A stretch of 64,000 bases of DNA from an uncultured Methylomirabilota bacterium (GTDB lineage Bacteria; Methylomirabilota; Methylomirabilia; Methylomirabilales; 2-02-FULL-66-22), in assembly GCA_963845565.1 (NCBI GenBank), contig CAWJSJ010000002.1, forward strand, positions 1,280,001 to 1,344,000, in the 5' to 3' direction. The notes below the pieces were generated by a model. That model saw only the letters and a program-made list of their open reading frames with translations. It ran no database searches and was not told the DNA's origin. A program made the translations under genes and the position numbers. Shown here one piece after another: positions 47,598 to 58,290 of the stretch. Every line of letters begins with the position of its first letter. Position 1 is the first letter of the stretch.

Positions 47598-48550
47598 TGC
47601 GCAAGCGATACGAGCCGCTGGATCCGGCAGGGATCACAACCTATCCGCTGGCGGCGCGGCCGAGCAAGGTCCGCGTGGAGCATGCCGCGACCCCCTGGCG
47701 TGCGGGGGGTACCCTGCGGGCGTATCTCGAATCGTTGCCGGACCAACTCGCCGCCCGGACCTTCCGCGAGGTGGTGCAGGCCGTCGTGACGGCGCACCGC
47801 ACGGGGAAGCCGGTCCTGGTGGGCATGGGGGCGCACGTCATCAAGGTGGGTCTGTCCCGCGTCCTGATCGATCTCTTGGAACGAGGCGTGGTGACGGCGC
47901 TGGCGCTGAACGGCGCGTGCGCGGTGCATGATTTCGAGCTGGCGACGGCCGGGTTTACGTCGGAGGACGTGGAGGTCCAGCTCGCCGAGGGGGACTTCGG
48001 GATGGCCGAGGAAACCGGCCGCGTCCTGAACGAGGCCGTCATCGAAGGGGGCAGGCGGGGCGTCGGCTTTGGCCGCGCGGTGGGCGAGCGGCTCCTCGCG
48101 ATGCAGCCGCGATATCTCTCGCACAGCCTGCTGGCTGCCTGCGCCCGGCTGGACCTTCCCTGCACGGTCCACGTCGCCCTGGGGACCGACATCGTGCACA
48201 TGCACCCCTGCTGCGACGGGGCCGCGGTCGGGGCGGCGACGCATCGCGATTTCCGCCTGCTGGCGGCGGTGGTGGCCGATCTGGGCGACGGCGGGGTGTA
48301 CCTCAACATCGGCTCGGCGGTGCTCCTGCCCGAGGTGTTCCTGAAGGCCTTGACGCTCAGCCGGAATCTGGGGCACCGGGTTCAAGACTTCGTCACGGCG
48401 AACCTGGACTTCATCCAGCACTACCGGCCGACTCAGAATGTGGTGCGGCGTCCCGTGGCGAACGGGGGGCGCGGATACGCGCTCACCGGGCACCATGAGT
48501 TGCTGGTTCCGCTCCTGGCAGCGGCGGTAATCGAGGGGATGGAGGGGTGA
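47597..48550 (+). CDS. Conserved protein, GSU2086-like (deoxyhypusine-synthase-like fold suspected)
   Basis: GTG overlapping the upstream [30 protein letters not shown]...TSEDV...[21 protein letters not shown] and LTGHHE. Confidence 0.75.
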   Translation: MRKRYEPLDPAGITTYPLAARPSKVRVEHAATPWRAGGTLRAYLESLPDQLAARTFREVVQAVVTAHRTGKPVLVGMGAHVIKVGLSRVLIDLLERGVVTALALNGACAVHDFELATAGFTSEDVEVQLAEGDFGMAEETGRVLNEAVIEGGRRGVGFGRAVGERLLAMQPRYLSHSLLAACARLDLPCTVHVALGTDIVHMHPCCDGAAVGAATHRDFRLLAAVVADLGDGGVYLNIGSAVLLPEVFLKALTLSRNLGHRVQDFVTANLDFIQHYRPTQNVVRRPVANGGRGYALTGHHELLVPLLAAAVIEGMEG

Positions 48551-48577
48551 GAGCCGAGACGAAGGGGTCGAAAGGTG

Positions 48578-48619
48578 CGAGCCACGAGCCACGAGCCACG
48601 AGCCACGAGTCGCGAGCGG
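48578..48619. repeat. 7-bp tandem repeat (CGAGCCA)x4 plus two degenerate units
   Basis: CGAGCCA CGAGCCA CGAGCCA CGAGCCA CGAGTCG CGAGCGG. Confidence 0.9.
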
Positions 48620-48627
48620 GGAGGCCG

Positions 48628-49131
48628 GTGCGTCTCGCGCGCGCGGCGACGAAGGTGAAGAGCCTCGGCGGTGTGGTCCGTGCGGTGCGGGCGGCTCAAC
48701 GAGCGGGCCGGCGGGTCGTCTTTACCAACGGGTGCTTCGATCTTTTGCATCGCGGTCACACCCGATATCTGGAACAGGCGCGCGCGCTGGGGGATCTGCT
48801 GGTCGTGGCGATCAACAGCGACGCATCGGTCCGGGCGCTCAAGGGGCCGAGCCGCCCTGTGGTGCCCGCCGAGCAGCGCGCCGAGGTGCTGGCCGCCTTG
48901 GCTGCGGTGGACCTGGTCACGATCTTCGGCGAACTGGATCCGGCCCGGGTGATCCGCGCCGTGCGTCCGGACGTGCTGGTCAAGGGAGGGGATTGGCCGA
49001 CCAGCCAGATCGTGGGCGCCGACTTCGTCCAATCCCGGGGCGGGACGGTGCGCAGCCTGCCGTATGTGGACGGAGCGTCCACGTCGGACCTGATCGGCCG
49101 GATCGCGGCGCGGTCGGCGCGGCGTGGCTGA
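48628..49131 (+). CDS. rfaE2: D-glycero-beta-D-manno-heptose 1-phosphate adenylyltransferase
   Basis: [34 protein letters not shown] and STSDLI. GTG 48628 follows GGGAGG; an alternative start is 48547. Confidence 0.9.
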   Translation: MRLARAATKVKSLGGVVRAVRAAQRAGRRVVFTNGCFDLLHRGHTRYLEQARALGDLLVVAINSDASVRALKGPSRPVVPAEQRAEVLAALAAVDLVTIFGELDPARVIRAVRPDVLVKGGDWPTSQIVGADFVQSRGGTVRSLPYVDGASTSDLIGRIAARSARRG

Positions 49132-49289
49132 CGCGCTACCGCCCATTCCCGGAAATCCTCACGGCGGTTGCCGTCTCTTCTTCTGTCCGGATGCGCGGTC
49201 CGCTTCCAGGCATCAGCGATCGGCGGGTGACGCCCCCAAGTCCGGAACCGACCGCTGTATGCCGACCGCTGATCGCCGCTGTTGTGATC

Positions 49290-52200
49290 ATGCTTCCACA
49301 ATACTTCTGGCGTGAAACCCGGCTCCTCGACATCTGCGAGGATCTGCGGGCCCCCGCGGGAATCATCCTCGCCGGACTCACCGGCGCCGCGCGCGCCCTG
49401 GCCCTGGCCGCGTGCCAGGTCGGGACGGGCCGGACGTTTCTCCTCCTCTGCCGGAGCGACGAGGTCGCCGCGGCCCTGGCCCAGGACCTGATCTTTTTCC
49501 TGGGCGAGACAGTCGCGCTGCTCCCGGAGCAGGGGGATGACCTGGAGAGCCGCGCGGGCCGGGTGGAGGCGCTTCACCGGCTCCAGACGGGCCAGGCGGC
49601 CGTCCTGGTGGCGTCGGTGGCGGCGGCCCTCCCTCGCACCATCCCCCCGGCTGCCCTGCAGGGGGCGGTGGTGTCGCTCTATCCGCAGCGGATCGTCTCC
49701 CGGGAGGATTTGCTGCGCGCCCTGACGGCCGGAGGCTATCGCGGCGTCGGCCAGGTGACGGAGCCGGGCGAGTTTGCCATCCGTGGCGGGATCCTGGATT
49801 GTTTCCCCCCTGCCATGCGCCATCCGGTCCGGGTCGAGTTCTTCGGGGACGAGGTCCACTCGCTTCGCCACTTCGATCCGGAGACCCAGCGCTCCCTGGC
49901 GGCGATCACCCAGGCGACCCTGCTCCCCCTTCAAGAGTTCCTGATGACCGAGGATGCGGCAGCCCGGCTCGAGGCCCGGCTGCAGGCGACGGCTCGGCGG
50001 GAAGGCGTCGCAGTTCCCCCGGCGTGGCTGGAGGCGCTGGAGCAGCGACGGCCCATCCCTGAGTGGGATGTCTTCCTGCCGGACCTGGTGTCCGACCCCG
50101 CCTCCGTGCTGGCATACCTTCCCGCGACGGCGCTGATCGTCTGGGACGAGGATTCTGCGCTGGCGGAGCGCGCGGCGGCGCTCCTGCGCGATGCGGAGGC
50201 CGAGGCCGACCGGGAGCCGGACGTGGCACCGCTCTTCCCACCGCCGGCCGAACGCTGGGTCGCCTGGGACGATTTCCGCCGGGAGGCGCAGGCGTGGGCC
50301 GGGATCGCACTCACGCCGTTCGCGCCCCCGCCGCGCGAACCGACAGCCGGCCACGCACCGCCGCCTCCCCTCCTGCGAGAGATCCCGACCACCAGCATCG
50401 AGAGCTATCGCGGACGCATCACCGGCTTCCTGGAGGATCTGGACGTCTGGCGACGCAAAGGCGAGCGAGTGGTCCTGGTCGCGAGGAGCGAGGCGCAGGG
50501 TCGGCGGCTCACCGAGATCTTGCGGGACCATGACCTGGGGGCTCGTCTGGGGCGGGAGCTGCCGGAGCCGGGAGGGATCAGTCTCTGGATCGGCGAACTC
50601 ACGGCGGGGTTCCGGATTGCGCCGCTCCAGCTCACGCTGATCACCGAGCAGGAGGTCTTTGGGGCCCACGCGGTGCTGCGGCGGCGCGCCCGGCCGAAGG
50701 AAGCCCTGCCGTTCAGCTCCTTTGCCGACCTCAAAGTGGGCGACTATGTGGTGCACGTGGACCATGGTATCGCCCAGTACCGGGGCCTCGAGCAGCTGGC
50801 GGTGGGGGGGCAGGACGGGGACTTCCTGTATCTCCGGTACGCCGGGAACGACACGCTCTACGTCCCGGTCTCGAAGTTCCATTTGGTCCAGCGCTACGTG
50901 GCGGGGGAGTCGGCGGGGGCGCACCCCGCCCTGGACCGGCTGGGGGGTACGACCTGGGCCAAGGCGAAGGAACGGGTGCGGGCCAGCGTCCGCGAGATGG
51001 CCGGGGAGCTCCTGCGCCTCTACGCCGCGCGGCAAGTCCTCCACGGGAACGCCTTCCCGGCCGATTCGCCCTGGCAGAAGGAGTTCGAGGCGGCGTTCCC
51101 GTACGACGAGACGCCCGACCAGCTCCAGGCGATCCGGGACGTGAAGCGGGACATGGAGCGATCCCAGCCCATGGACCGCCTCGTCTGCGGCGACGTGGGC
51201 TACGGGAAGACGGAGGTTGCCCTGCGCGCCGCCTTCAAGGCGGTCATGGATGGAAAGCAGGTGGCGGTTCTGGTGCCCACCACCGTGCTTGCCATGCAGC
51301 ACCATCAAACCTTCAGCGCCCGCTTTGCCGGCTTTCCGGTGCGGGTGGAGATGCTCTGCCGGTTCCGCCCGACGGCGGATCTCAAGCAGGTCGTGCGCGG
51401 GCTGACCGAGGGCAGCGTGGACATCGTCATCGGGACCCATCGCCTACTCCAGAAAGACGTGAAGTTTTCGGCGCTGGGCCTGGTGGTGGTGGACGAGGAG
51501 CAACGCTTCGGCGTGGCGGCCAAAGAGGCGCTGAAGCAGCTCCGGCGCGAGGTGGACGTGCTCACGCTGACGGCCACACCCATTCCCAGGACCCTGCACA
51601 TGACCATGCTCGGCGTGCGGGACGTCAGCACCATCGAGACGCCGCCCGAAGAGCGGTTGGCGATCCGCACGTACGTCACGCCCTACGACCCGGACGTCAT
51701 CGGCGAGGCCATCCGGCGCGAGTTGGCGCGCGGCGGCCAGGTCTTCTTCGTCCACAACCGGGTGGACAGCATCCACGCCGTCGGGCGGCGGCTGAAGCAG
51801 ATCGTGCCGGAGGCGCGGATCAGCGTGGCGCACGGCCAGCAGAATGAGGCCGCGCTGGAGAAGGTGATGGTGGACTTCTATCTCAAGAAGGTGGATGTCC
51901 TGCTCTGCACCACCATCATCGAATCGGGGCTGGACGTCCCGTCGGCCAATACCATCATCATCGACCGCGCCGATACCTTGGGCTTGGCCCAGCTGTATCA
52001 GCTCCGGGGACGGGTCGGCCGGGACAAGTACCGGGCCTTCGCCTACCTGCTGGTTCCGGCCGACGGCGGGATGAGCGAGGTGGCGCGGAAGCGGCTGCAG
52101 GTCATCGCCGAGCTGACGGAGCTGGGCTCCGGCTTCAAGATCGCGGCACGGGATCTGGAGATCCGCGGTGCGGGGAACCTCCTGGGGGCCGAGCAGTCGG

Positions 52201-52745
52201 GCCATATCGCCGCCGTGGGCTTCGATCTGTACACCCAGCTCATCCAGGAGACGGTCCGCGAGCTGAAGGGGGAGCCCACCGAGGTCGAAGTCGAGCCAAC
52301 CATTCGCCTGCGCGCCGAGGGATTCATCCCCGAATCCTATGTCCCGGATCCCGCCTTGCGCCTCAACCTCTACAAGCGGCTGGCGGCACTGCGAGAAAGC
52401 CGACAGCTGACTGATTTTTCCGACGAGCTGACCGACCGCTTCGGACCCGTCCCCTTCGAGGCGGGGTGGCTGCTCCAGGTGATGGAACTCAAATTCCAGG
52501 CTCGGGCGCTCCGCATTCAAGAGATCGACGCGCGGCGGGAGGCCATCCGGGTGCGCTTTGGGCCCGAGCCACCGGTCAGCCCGGAGACGATCGTGACCCT
52601 GCTCCGTACCGAGCGGGGCCGGCTCAAGTACCTGCCGGAGGACACGCTCGAGTATCGGACCGACGGGACCACGCCGGAGGCGCGCCTGGCGGCGGCCAGA
52701 AAACTCTTGCATCGGCTCACTGCGGATGTTACGGTCCCGCGATGA
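49290..52745 (+). CDS. mfd: Transcription-repair coupling factor
   Basis: GDYVVHVDHGIAQY, MDRLVCGDVGYGKTEVA, DEEQRFGV, TATPIPRT, QLRGRVGR and DLEIRGAGNLLG; start approximate. Confidence 0.96.
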   Translation: MLPQYFWRETRLLDICEDLRAPAGIILAGLTGAARALALAACQVGTGRTFLLLCRSDEVAAALAQDLIFFLGETVALLPEQGDDLESRAGRVEALHRLQTGQAAVLVASVAAALPRTIPPAALQGAVVSLYPQRIVSREDLLRALTAGGYRGVGQVTEPGEFAIRGGILDCFPPAMRHPVRVEFFGDEVHSLRHFDPETQRSLAAITQATLLPLQEFLMTEDAAARLEARLQATARREGVAVPPAWLEALEQRRPIPEWDVFLPDLVSDPASVLAYLPATALIVWDEDSALAERAAALLRDAEAEADREPDVAPLFPPPAERWVAWDDFRREAQAWAGIALTPFAPPPREPTAGHAPPPPLLREIPTTSIESYRGRITGFLEDLDVWRRKGERVVLVARSEAQGRRLTEILRDHDLGARLGRELPEPGGISLWIGELTAGFRIAPLQLTLITEQEVFGAHAVLRRRARPKEALPFSSFADLKVGDYVVHVDHGIAQYRGLEQLAVGGQDGDFLYLRYAGNDTLYVPVSKFHLVQRYVAGESAGAHPALDRLGGTTWAKAKERVRASVREMAGELLRLYAARQVLHGNAFPADSPWQKEFEAAFPYDETPDQLQAIRDVKRDMERSQPMDRLVCGDVGYGKTEVALRAAFKAVMDGKQVAVLVPTTVLAMQHHQTFSARFAGFPVRVEMLCRFRPTADLKQVVRGLTEGSVDIVIGTHRLLQKDVKFSALGLVVVDEEQRFGVAAKEALKQLRREVDVLTLTATPIPRTLHMTMLGVRDVSTIETPPEERLAIRTYVTPYDPDVIGEAIRRELARGGQVFFVHNRVDSIHAVGRRLKQIVPEARISVAHGQQNEAALEKVMVDFYLKKVDVLLCTTIIESGLDVPSANTIIIDRADTLGLAQLYQLRGRVGRDKYRAFAYLLVPADGGMSEVARKRLQVIAELTELGSGFKIAARDLEIRGAGNLLGAEQSGHIAAVGFDLYTQLIQETVRELKGEPTEVEVEPTIRLRAEGFIPESYVPDPALRLNLYKRLAALRESRQLTDFSDELTDRFGPVPFEAGWLLQVMELKFQARALRIQEIDARREAIRVRFGPEPPVSPETIVTLLRTERGRLKYLPEDTLEYRTDGTTPEARLAAARKLLHRLTADVTVPR

Positions 52746-52822
52746 AATGACCCGCGCGCGTCGGCCCAAGGCGCGCGGCCCGAGTTTCGGACCCGATCCC
52801 ATTCCTCGACAAGGAGCGTCCC

Positions 52823-53764
52823 GTGAGATACGCGAACCCGTGGAAGAGCCTGACCGTGGCCGCCGTGTGCGCCGTCATCCTGGTCGGGTGCGGCAAAGAG
52901 GGCGGCGATGGAAAGGCCCAAGGGCCGGCAGTCCTCAAGGTGAACAGCTGGTCGTACACGGCTGTGGACCTGGAGCGGGAGATCGGCCAAGAACTGCGCC
53001 GCGCCCCGCGTGAACTGCAGCCGTTCTTCGCCAGTAAAGAGGGGCAGAACCAGTTTCTGGACCGGGTGGTCCGTCGGGAGTTGCTGCTCCAGGAGGCGGA
53101 GAAGCGCAAGCTGGGAGACCAGGCCGAGGTGGCGGAGCAGGTCGCGAACCTCCGCCGCGAGTTGATGATTCGCGCCCTGGTGCAGGAGGAGATCGGCAGC
53201 AAGGTGAAGGTGGAAGAGAAGGACGTCCAGGAGTACTTCACGGCACATGCCGACGAATTCTCGGGGGACACCCTCCGGCTGCGGCACATCCTGGTCCAGA
53301 CCGATGCGGAAGCCAAGGAGATCCAGGCGCGGTTGGCCAAGAACGAGGCTTTTGAAGAAGTGGCCAAGAAGTTCTCCCGGGACACCGCCAGCGCGTCCAA
53401 GGGGGGCGACCTGGGGTATCTGGGGCGTGAGCAGATGCTCCCCGACTTTGCCCGTGCGGCGTTTGCCTTGAAGGCGAACGAGGTAAGCGAACCGGTCAAG
53501 ACACCATTCGGTCTCCACCTCATCAAGCTGGTGGATCGGAAGAAGGGCCAACCGCTCACCTTCGACCAGGTGAAGGGGCAGTTGCAGCGGCGCCTGCTGG
53601 ACGAGCGACAGTCGCAGCGGTTCCAGGCCTGGATCAAGGAGCTGGAAGGCGGCGCCAAGGTCACCCGGGACGAGTCGCTCCTCCCGGTCGGCAAGTTCGG
53701 TCCGGCGGGACCGCCGCAGCCCGGCGGATCGACCGAGGAGCCGAAGGCGGGGGACAAGTCATGA
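52823..53764 (+). CDS. Parvulin-type peptidylprolyl isomerase lipoprotein (PrsA/PpiC-like)
   Basis: Lipobox LVGC; RHILV, KGGDLG and VKTPFGLHLIK. Confidence 0.9.
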   Translation: MRYANPWKSLTVAAVCAVILVGCGKEGGDGKAQGPAVLKVNSWSYTAVDLEREIGQELRRAPRELQPFFASKEGQNQFLDRVVRRELLLQEAEKRKLGDQAEVAEQVANLRRELMIRALVQEEIGSKVKVEEKDVQEYFTAHADEFSGDTLRLRHILVQTDAEAKEIQARLAKNEAFEEVAKKFSRDTASASKGGDLGYLGREQMLPDFARAAFALKANEVSEPVKTPFGLHLIKLVDRKKGQPLTFDQVKGQLQRRLLDERQSQRFQAWIKELEGGAKVTRDESLLPVGKFGPAGPPQPGGSTEEPKAGDKS

Positions 53765-54822
53765 AGCGACGCAGGCCCGGCCTCTGGCCGGCCTTGCTGC
53801 TGCTCTTCGTTGTCACGCCGGCGCCGGCGCAAACCGGCCCCAAGGCCGGCGAGCCGAAGGTGATGGTGCTGGACCGCGTGGTGGCGTCGGTGAACGACGA
53901 GGCGTTGACGCTGAGCGAGGTTCAGGAGGAAGGCCAGCCGGTGATCCGGAAGATCTTCCAGGATTTCGTCGGGGCGGAGCGGGACCGACGCGTCGAGGAG
54001 ACGGAGCAGCGGGTGGTGAACGACCTCATCGACCGACGCCTGCTGTACCAAGTGGCGAAACGGGAGGGCTCGCTCCCGTCGACGGCCGAAGTCCAGTCGG
54101 CCATCGAAGAGCTCAAGCGGACCAACAACGTCACCGACGAAGCCCAGTTCCGTGCCCTGCTGAAAGCCGAAGGGTTGACGCCGGAGCAGATTCGCCGGAA
54201 CGTCGGCGAGCGCCTGGCCATCGGCCGACTGCTGGCCCGCCAGGTTCGATCCTCCATCATTCTCAGCGAAGACGAGATCGCCAAGTACTACGAGGCGAAC
54301 GCAAGCAAGTACCAGCGGACCCCAGAGGCCGAGATCCTCCACGCCCTGCTCGGCGTGCGTTCCGACCAGGACGAGGCCCCCGTTCGGGCGCGCGTGGAGG
54401 AGGCGCTGGCGAAGATCCGAGCCGGCGCGGACTTCGTCGCGACGACGAAGCAATATGGGGACGACCCCAGCGGATCGGGGGCCGATCCGCTGACGGTCCG
54501 ACGCGGGGAGCTGGCCCCCGAGATCGAGGCCGTCGCCTTCGGACTGCCGCCCGGGGGCATCAGCGAACCGATCCGGACCGCGGCGGGCTTCCATCTGATC
54601 AAGGTCGAAAAGGTCAGAGCAGACGCGGTCGCCCCCCTGGCCGAGGTCCGAGAAGCGATCCGGGAGCAGCTGTTCCAGGAGAAGTTCGAGGTCAAGCGCA
54701 AGGAGTACCTCGCCGGTCTGCGCGCCCGATCGTCCATCCAGGTGTTCCTGAAGGGGGGCGAGATGCTGGGTGCACCGCAAGTCGCCAAAGACGGCGCATC
54801 CCCCAGCCGGCGCCTTCCGTAG
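53761..54822 (+). CDS. SurA-like chaperone / peptidylprolyl isomerase
   Basis: DRVVASVNDEALTLSEV N-terminal domain; ELAPEIEAVAF...IRTAAGFHLIKV. Confidence 0.88.
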   Translation: MKRRRPGLWPALLLLFVVTPAPAQTGPKAGEPKVMVLDRVVASVNDEALTLSEVQEEGQPVIRKIFQDFVGAERDRRVEETEQRVVNDLIDRRLLYQVAKREGSLPSTAEVQSAIEELKRTNNVTDEAQFRALLKAEGLTPEQIRRNVGERLAIGRLLARQVRSSIILSEDEIAKYYEANASKYQRTPEAEILHALLGVRSDQDEAPVRARVEEALAKIRAGADFVATTKQYGDDPSGSGADPLTVRRGELAPEIEAVAFGLPPGGISEPIRTAAGFHLIKVEKVRADAVAPLAEVREAIREQLFQEKFEVKRKEYLAGLRARSSIQVFLKGGEMLGAPQVAKDGASPSRRLP

Positions 54823-55063
54823 AAAAGCCTCCGCGTATCCCGCGCGTCTTCCCGCAAAAACCGCCTCGACGTCTGACCCCGTTGCAACTCCTGTCGCTTT
54901 GAGTTAGGCTCTGACCGCCTGCCCGGTCGGACCGAGACGGCGTGCGTCCCACTGTCGGCCGCCAGCCCGTGACGTGGAGCGGGGCAGTGCAGGCCCTCCC
55001 GGAATCGCCCGGGCCGGCACCTCGGTGTCCCGCGCGGCTGGTGGCAGTCGCAGGAGGTCGTGC

Positions 55064-56230
55064 ATGAGCGCGTCTGTGGTGGTGGAGGGCCGGCTGCAGC
55101 GAGGCGCCCCCCCTGTCGAGATTGCGATTGTGGGCGGGCGCATCGACGCGATCCGGTCGGCCGGATCCGGAGGCGCATCCGCCGTGGGCGGGGCCGACTG
55201 TCTGGTGACCGAGGGGTTTCTGGACATCCAGGTGAACGGGTTTGCCGCGGTGGATTTCAACCGCCCCGAGTTGACCGCGGAGGACCTCGTGCGGGCGACG
55301 CGGGCGATGTGGCGCACCGGGGTCACGCAATTTCTCCCGACCGTCGTCACGGCGCCCGTGAAGAGCATGCTGGGGACGCTCAAGGCCATCGCCCGGGCCC
55401 GGGAGCAGGAGCCGATCCTCCGCCGCGCCATACCGGGCATTCACCTCGAAGGCCCGTTCCTGGCGCCCGAGGACGGTCCGCGGGGCGCCCATCCCGCGGA
55501 TTCCATCCGCGACCCGGACTGGGGACTCTTCCAGCAATTCCAGGATGCCGCGGGTGGTCTCATCCGGTTCGTCACGATCGCGCCGGAACGGCCGGAGGCC
55601 ATCGGCGTGATCTGGCAGTTGCGCCAGGCCGGCATCGCGGTCGGGATCGGCCACACCGACGCCAAGGAAGCGGACATCGAGCAGGCCGTGGACGCAGGCG
55701 CCCAGATTTCCTGCCACCTGGGGAACGGCGCGCACGCCATGTTGCCGCGCCACCGGAACTACATCCAGAAGCAGCTCGCCACGGACGCCCTGATGGCCTC
55801 GCTGATCACGGACGGCCACCACCTGCCGCCCTATGTCGTGAAGAACATGATCCGGTGTAAGGGCGTGGAGCGGATCATCCTCATCACGGACGCCATGGCC
55901 GCCGCCGCCGCGCCGCCCGGGAAGTACCGGCTCGGCGAGGTGCTGGCCGAGGTCGGCTCGGACGGCTACGTTCGCCTCCCTGGTACGCCCTATCTCGCCG
56001 GGTCGGCGCTCACCATGGATCGGGCCATCGAGAACACGGCCAGATTCGCCGGTCTCCCGCTGGAGGATGCGCTGCGACTGGCCAACCGACAGCCGCGGAA
56101 ACTCTTCCCCGAAGCCGGCGCGGGCATTGCCCCCGGGGAGCGAGCCGATCTGGTTTTGTTGCGGGAGGGGCCGCCGCTCACGGTGGTGGCGACGATCGTC
56201 GAGGGAGAGGTGGTGTTCCAGCGAAGCTGA
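55064..56230 (+). CDS. nagA: N-acetylglucosamine-6-phosphate deacetylase family protein
   Basis: GFLDIQVNG, PTVVT, GIHLEGPFL, GAH, TIAPE, GHT, HLGNG, DGHH, TDAM and LAGSALTMD. Confidence 0.82.
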   Translation: MSASVVVEGRLQRGAPPVEIAIVGGRIDAIRSAGSGGASAVGGADCLVTEGFLDIQVNGFAAVDFNRPELTAEDLVRATRAMWRTGVTQFLPTVVTAPVKSMLGTLKAIARAREQEPILRRAIPGIHLEGPFLAPEDGPRGAHPADSIRDPDWGLFQQFQDAAGGLIRFVTIAPERPEAIGVIWQLRQAGIAVGIGHTDAKEADIEQAVDAGAQISCHLGNGAHAMLPRHRNYIQKQLATDALMASLITDGHHLPPYVVKNMIRCKGVERIILITDAMAAAAAPPGKYRLGEVLAEVGSDGYVRLPGTPYLAGSALTMDRAIENTARFAGLPLEDALRLANRQPRKLFPEAGAGIAPGERADLVLLREGPPLTVVATIVEGEVVFQRS

Positions 56231-56315
56231 GCGTCCGTCGCGGGCCGAGCACCGGCGCGTGGGCGCGGGGTTTCCGCTGTCTCTGTCGGATACCGCTGTC
56301 GAGGAGGGCGTCGTC

Positions 56316-57069
56316 ATGGATCTCATCGCGCAGTATCACGCGGCCATCACGGCCATGCTCCAGAAGATCGTGGACACCCAGAAGGAGGCCATCCGGACGG
56401 CGGCGCGGCGGTGTGCCGATGGCCATCGCCGAGGACCGGTACCTGTACGTGATCGGGACCGGCGGCCACTCGTACATCGCCAGCGAGGAGATGTTCTGGC
56501 GGGCCGGCGGCCTGGTGCCGATCTATCCGATTCTCGACCCCGGGCTGTCCCTGTCCCAGGGGGCCTGGCGTTCGAACCTGATCGAGCGGACCCCCGGATA
56601 TGTGATCCCGATCCTCAAGTACCATGGCGTCGGAAACGGGGATGTCCTGATCGTCTGCAATGCGTACGGGCTCAACGCGGCCACCATCGACGCCGCGACG
56701 GAAGGCAAGCGTCTGGGGGCGACGGTCATCGGCGTCACCTCGACGGAATTCGCCGCACGGACGCCCCCGGATCATCCCTCCCGCCACCCGAGCGGCAAGA
56801 ACCTGCACGAGATCGTGGACATCTTCCTGAATACCTGCCTTCCTTACGGCGATGCGGTGGTCGACGTTCCCGGATGCCCGCAGAAGGTGGCGCCGTCCTC
56901 GTCGCTCGGCACCGCCTTCGTCTTGAACAGCCTGGTGGCGACGACCGTGGAAGAGCTGGTCCGGCGGGGCATCGATCCCCCGGTCTGGATGAGCGCCAAC
57001 CTGCCGGGCGGCGATGAGGCGAATCGGAAGCACTTCGATAAGCATCTCCGACGCGTGAAGTTCCTGTAG
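56316..57069 (+). CDS. SIS-domain sugar-phosphate isomerase family protein; +1 frameshift near 56421
   Basis: MDLIAQYHAAITAMLQKIVDTQKEAIRTAARRCAD / AIAEDRYLYVIGTGGHS...RAGGL, SRHPSGK, GDA and PPVWMSANLPGGD. Confidence 0.85.
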
Positions 57070-57220
57070 CAGGCCGCTGAAAAACGCCCATCTGCGGCGT
57101 TGGTCCGCTCGGGCACTCGCTGCGGCGTACGTGGGGTACGCCTCACTCGGCCCATCGCGGACCGCCTTGCATCTGGACCTTTTTGAGCAGCCTGGGGAAA
57201 ACGGGTTTTTTGGCGGCCTG
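57070..57220. mobile_element. MITE-like palindromic element, copy 2
   Basis: CAGGCCGCTGAAAAA...TTTTTGAGCAGCCTG...TTTTTTGGCGGCCTG, starting immediately after the TAG stop of the SIS gene. Confidence 0.75.
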
Positions 57221-57272
57221 GTGAGACGGCAGAACGGGATTGGGTCGCAACTCTCAAGTCAAGGAGGATGCC

Positions 57273-58272
57273 ATGCGCACCAGATGGAGCGGCTGGGTCG
57301 CCCTTGCAGCAATGTTCGTGTGGCTTCTGGGCGCGCTGCCCGTCGAGGCGGCCAAGGTCACCATGAAGCTGGGCCATATCCGGGCGGACACGTCGCCGAC
57401 TCACAAGGCCGCCGTGAAGTTCGCCGAGCTGGTGGCCGCAAAGACGAACGGCGATCTGGAGATTAAGGTCTTTCCCAACAGCCAGCTCGGCGGCATCTTG
57501 GACATGTTCACCGGGATGAAGGCGGGCAGCCTGGAGATGGTCTACGGGGGGATCAATACCTACGGCTTCATCAAGGGCGGCGAGGTCTTCCAGATCACGG
57601 CGGTGCCGTTCCTGTATCGGGACTACGACCACATGCGGAAAGTCCTGAACTCCCCGATCTTCGCTACCCCATCTGGACGCGGCGGAGAAGGCCACGGGCG
57701 TCAGGGTCATCGCCATCAACGGGGACACGGCGCCGCGCGAGTTGACGACGCGCGACAAGGCGGTCAAGACCGCCGCGGACTTCAAGGGATTGAAGATCCG
57801 GATCGCCGAGAGCGCCATGGTTCGGGCCGCTATGCAGAAGCTCGGTGCCAACCCGCAGGTCATCCCCTTCGCGGACCTGTATATGGCGCTGAAGCAGGGC
57901 GTGGTGGACGCGCAGGAGAACGGGGTCATCCCCATCAAGAACATGTCCTTCTTCGAGGTGCAGAAGTACTTCATGCCCACCCATTACATCCGTGACGTGG
58001 AGACCTTCTACATCGGCGCGGAGAAGTGGAAGAGCCTCTCGCCCGCCCACCAGAAGGCTATCCGGGACGCCGGCGAGGAGGCCGGAAACCTGGAGACGGA
58101 GCTCACCCGGCAAGAGCTGGACGACGCCACCAAGTTCCTCGCCACCAAGATGACGATCGTGGAGCCCGATCTCGGCTCCATCCGGAAAGCATTGGAGGGG
58201 GTGTACGAGGAGCAATTCGAGGGGAAGCTCTGGCCGAAGGGCCTCCTGCAACAAGTGCGGGATTTCAAGTAG
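57273..58272 (+). CDS. dctP: TRAP transporter substrate-binding protein; +1 frameshift near 57666
   Basis: Signal peptide, FPNSQLGG, PFLYRDYDH / DFKGLKIRI and LYMALKQGVVDAQEN. Confidence 0.9.
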
Positions 58273-58290
58273 GGCTTCCATCCTTGGGAG

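Noticed and set aside
48578..48619. Short repeats here and at 22049-22081 as CRISPR arrays
   Set aside because: The units are 7-12 bp, there are no unique 30-40 bp spacers, and no cas genes are present.
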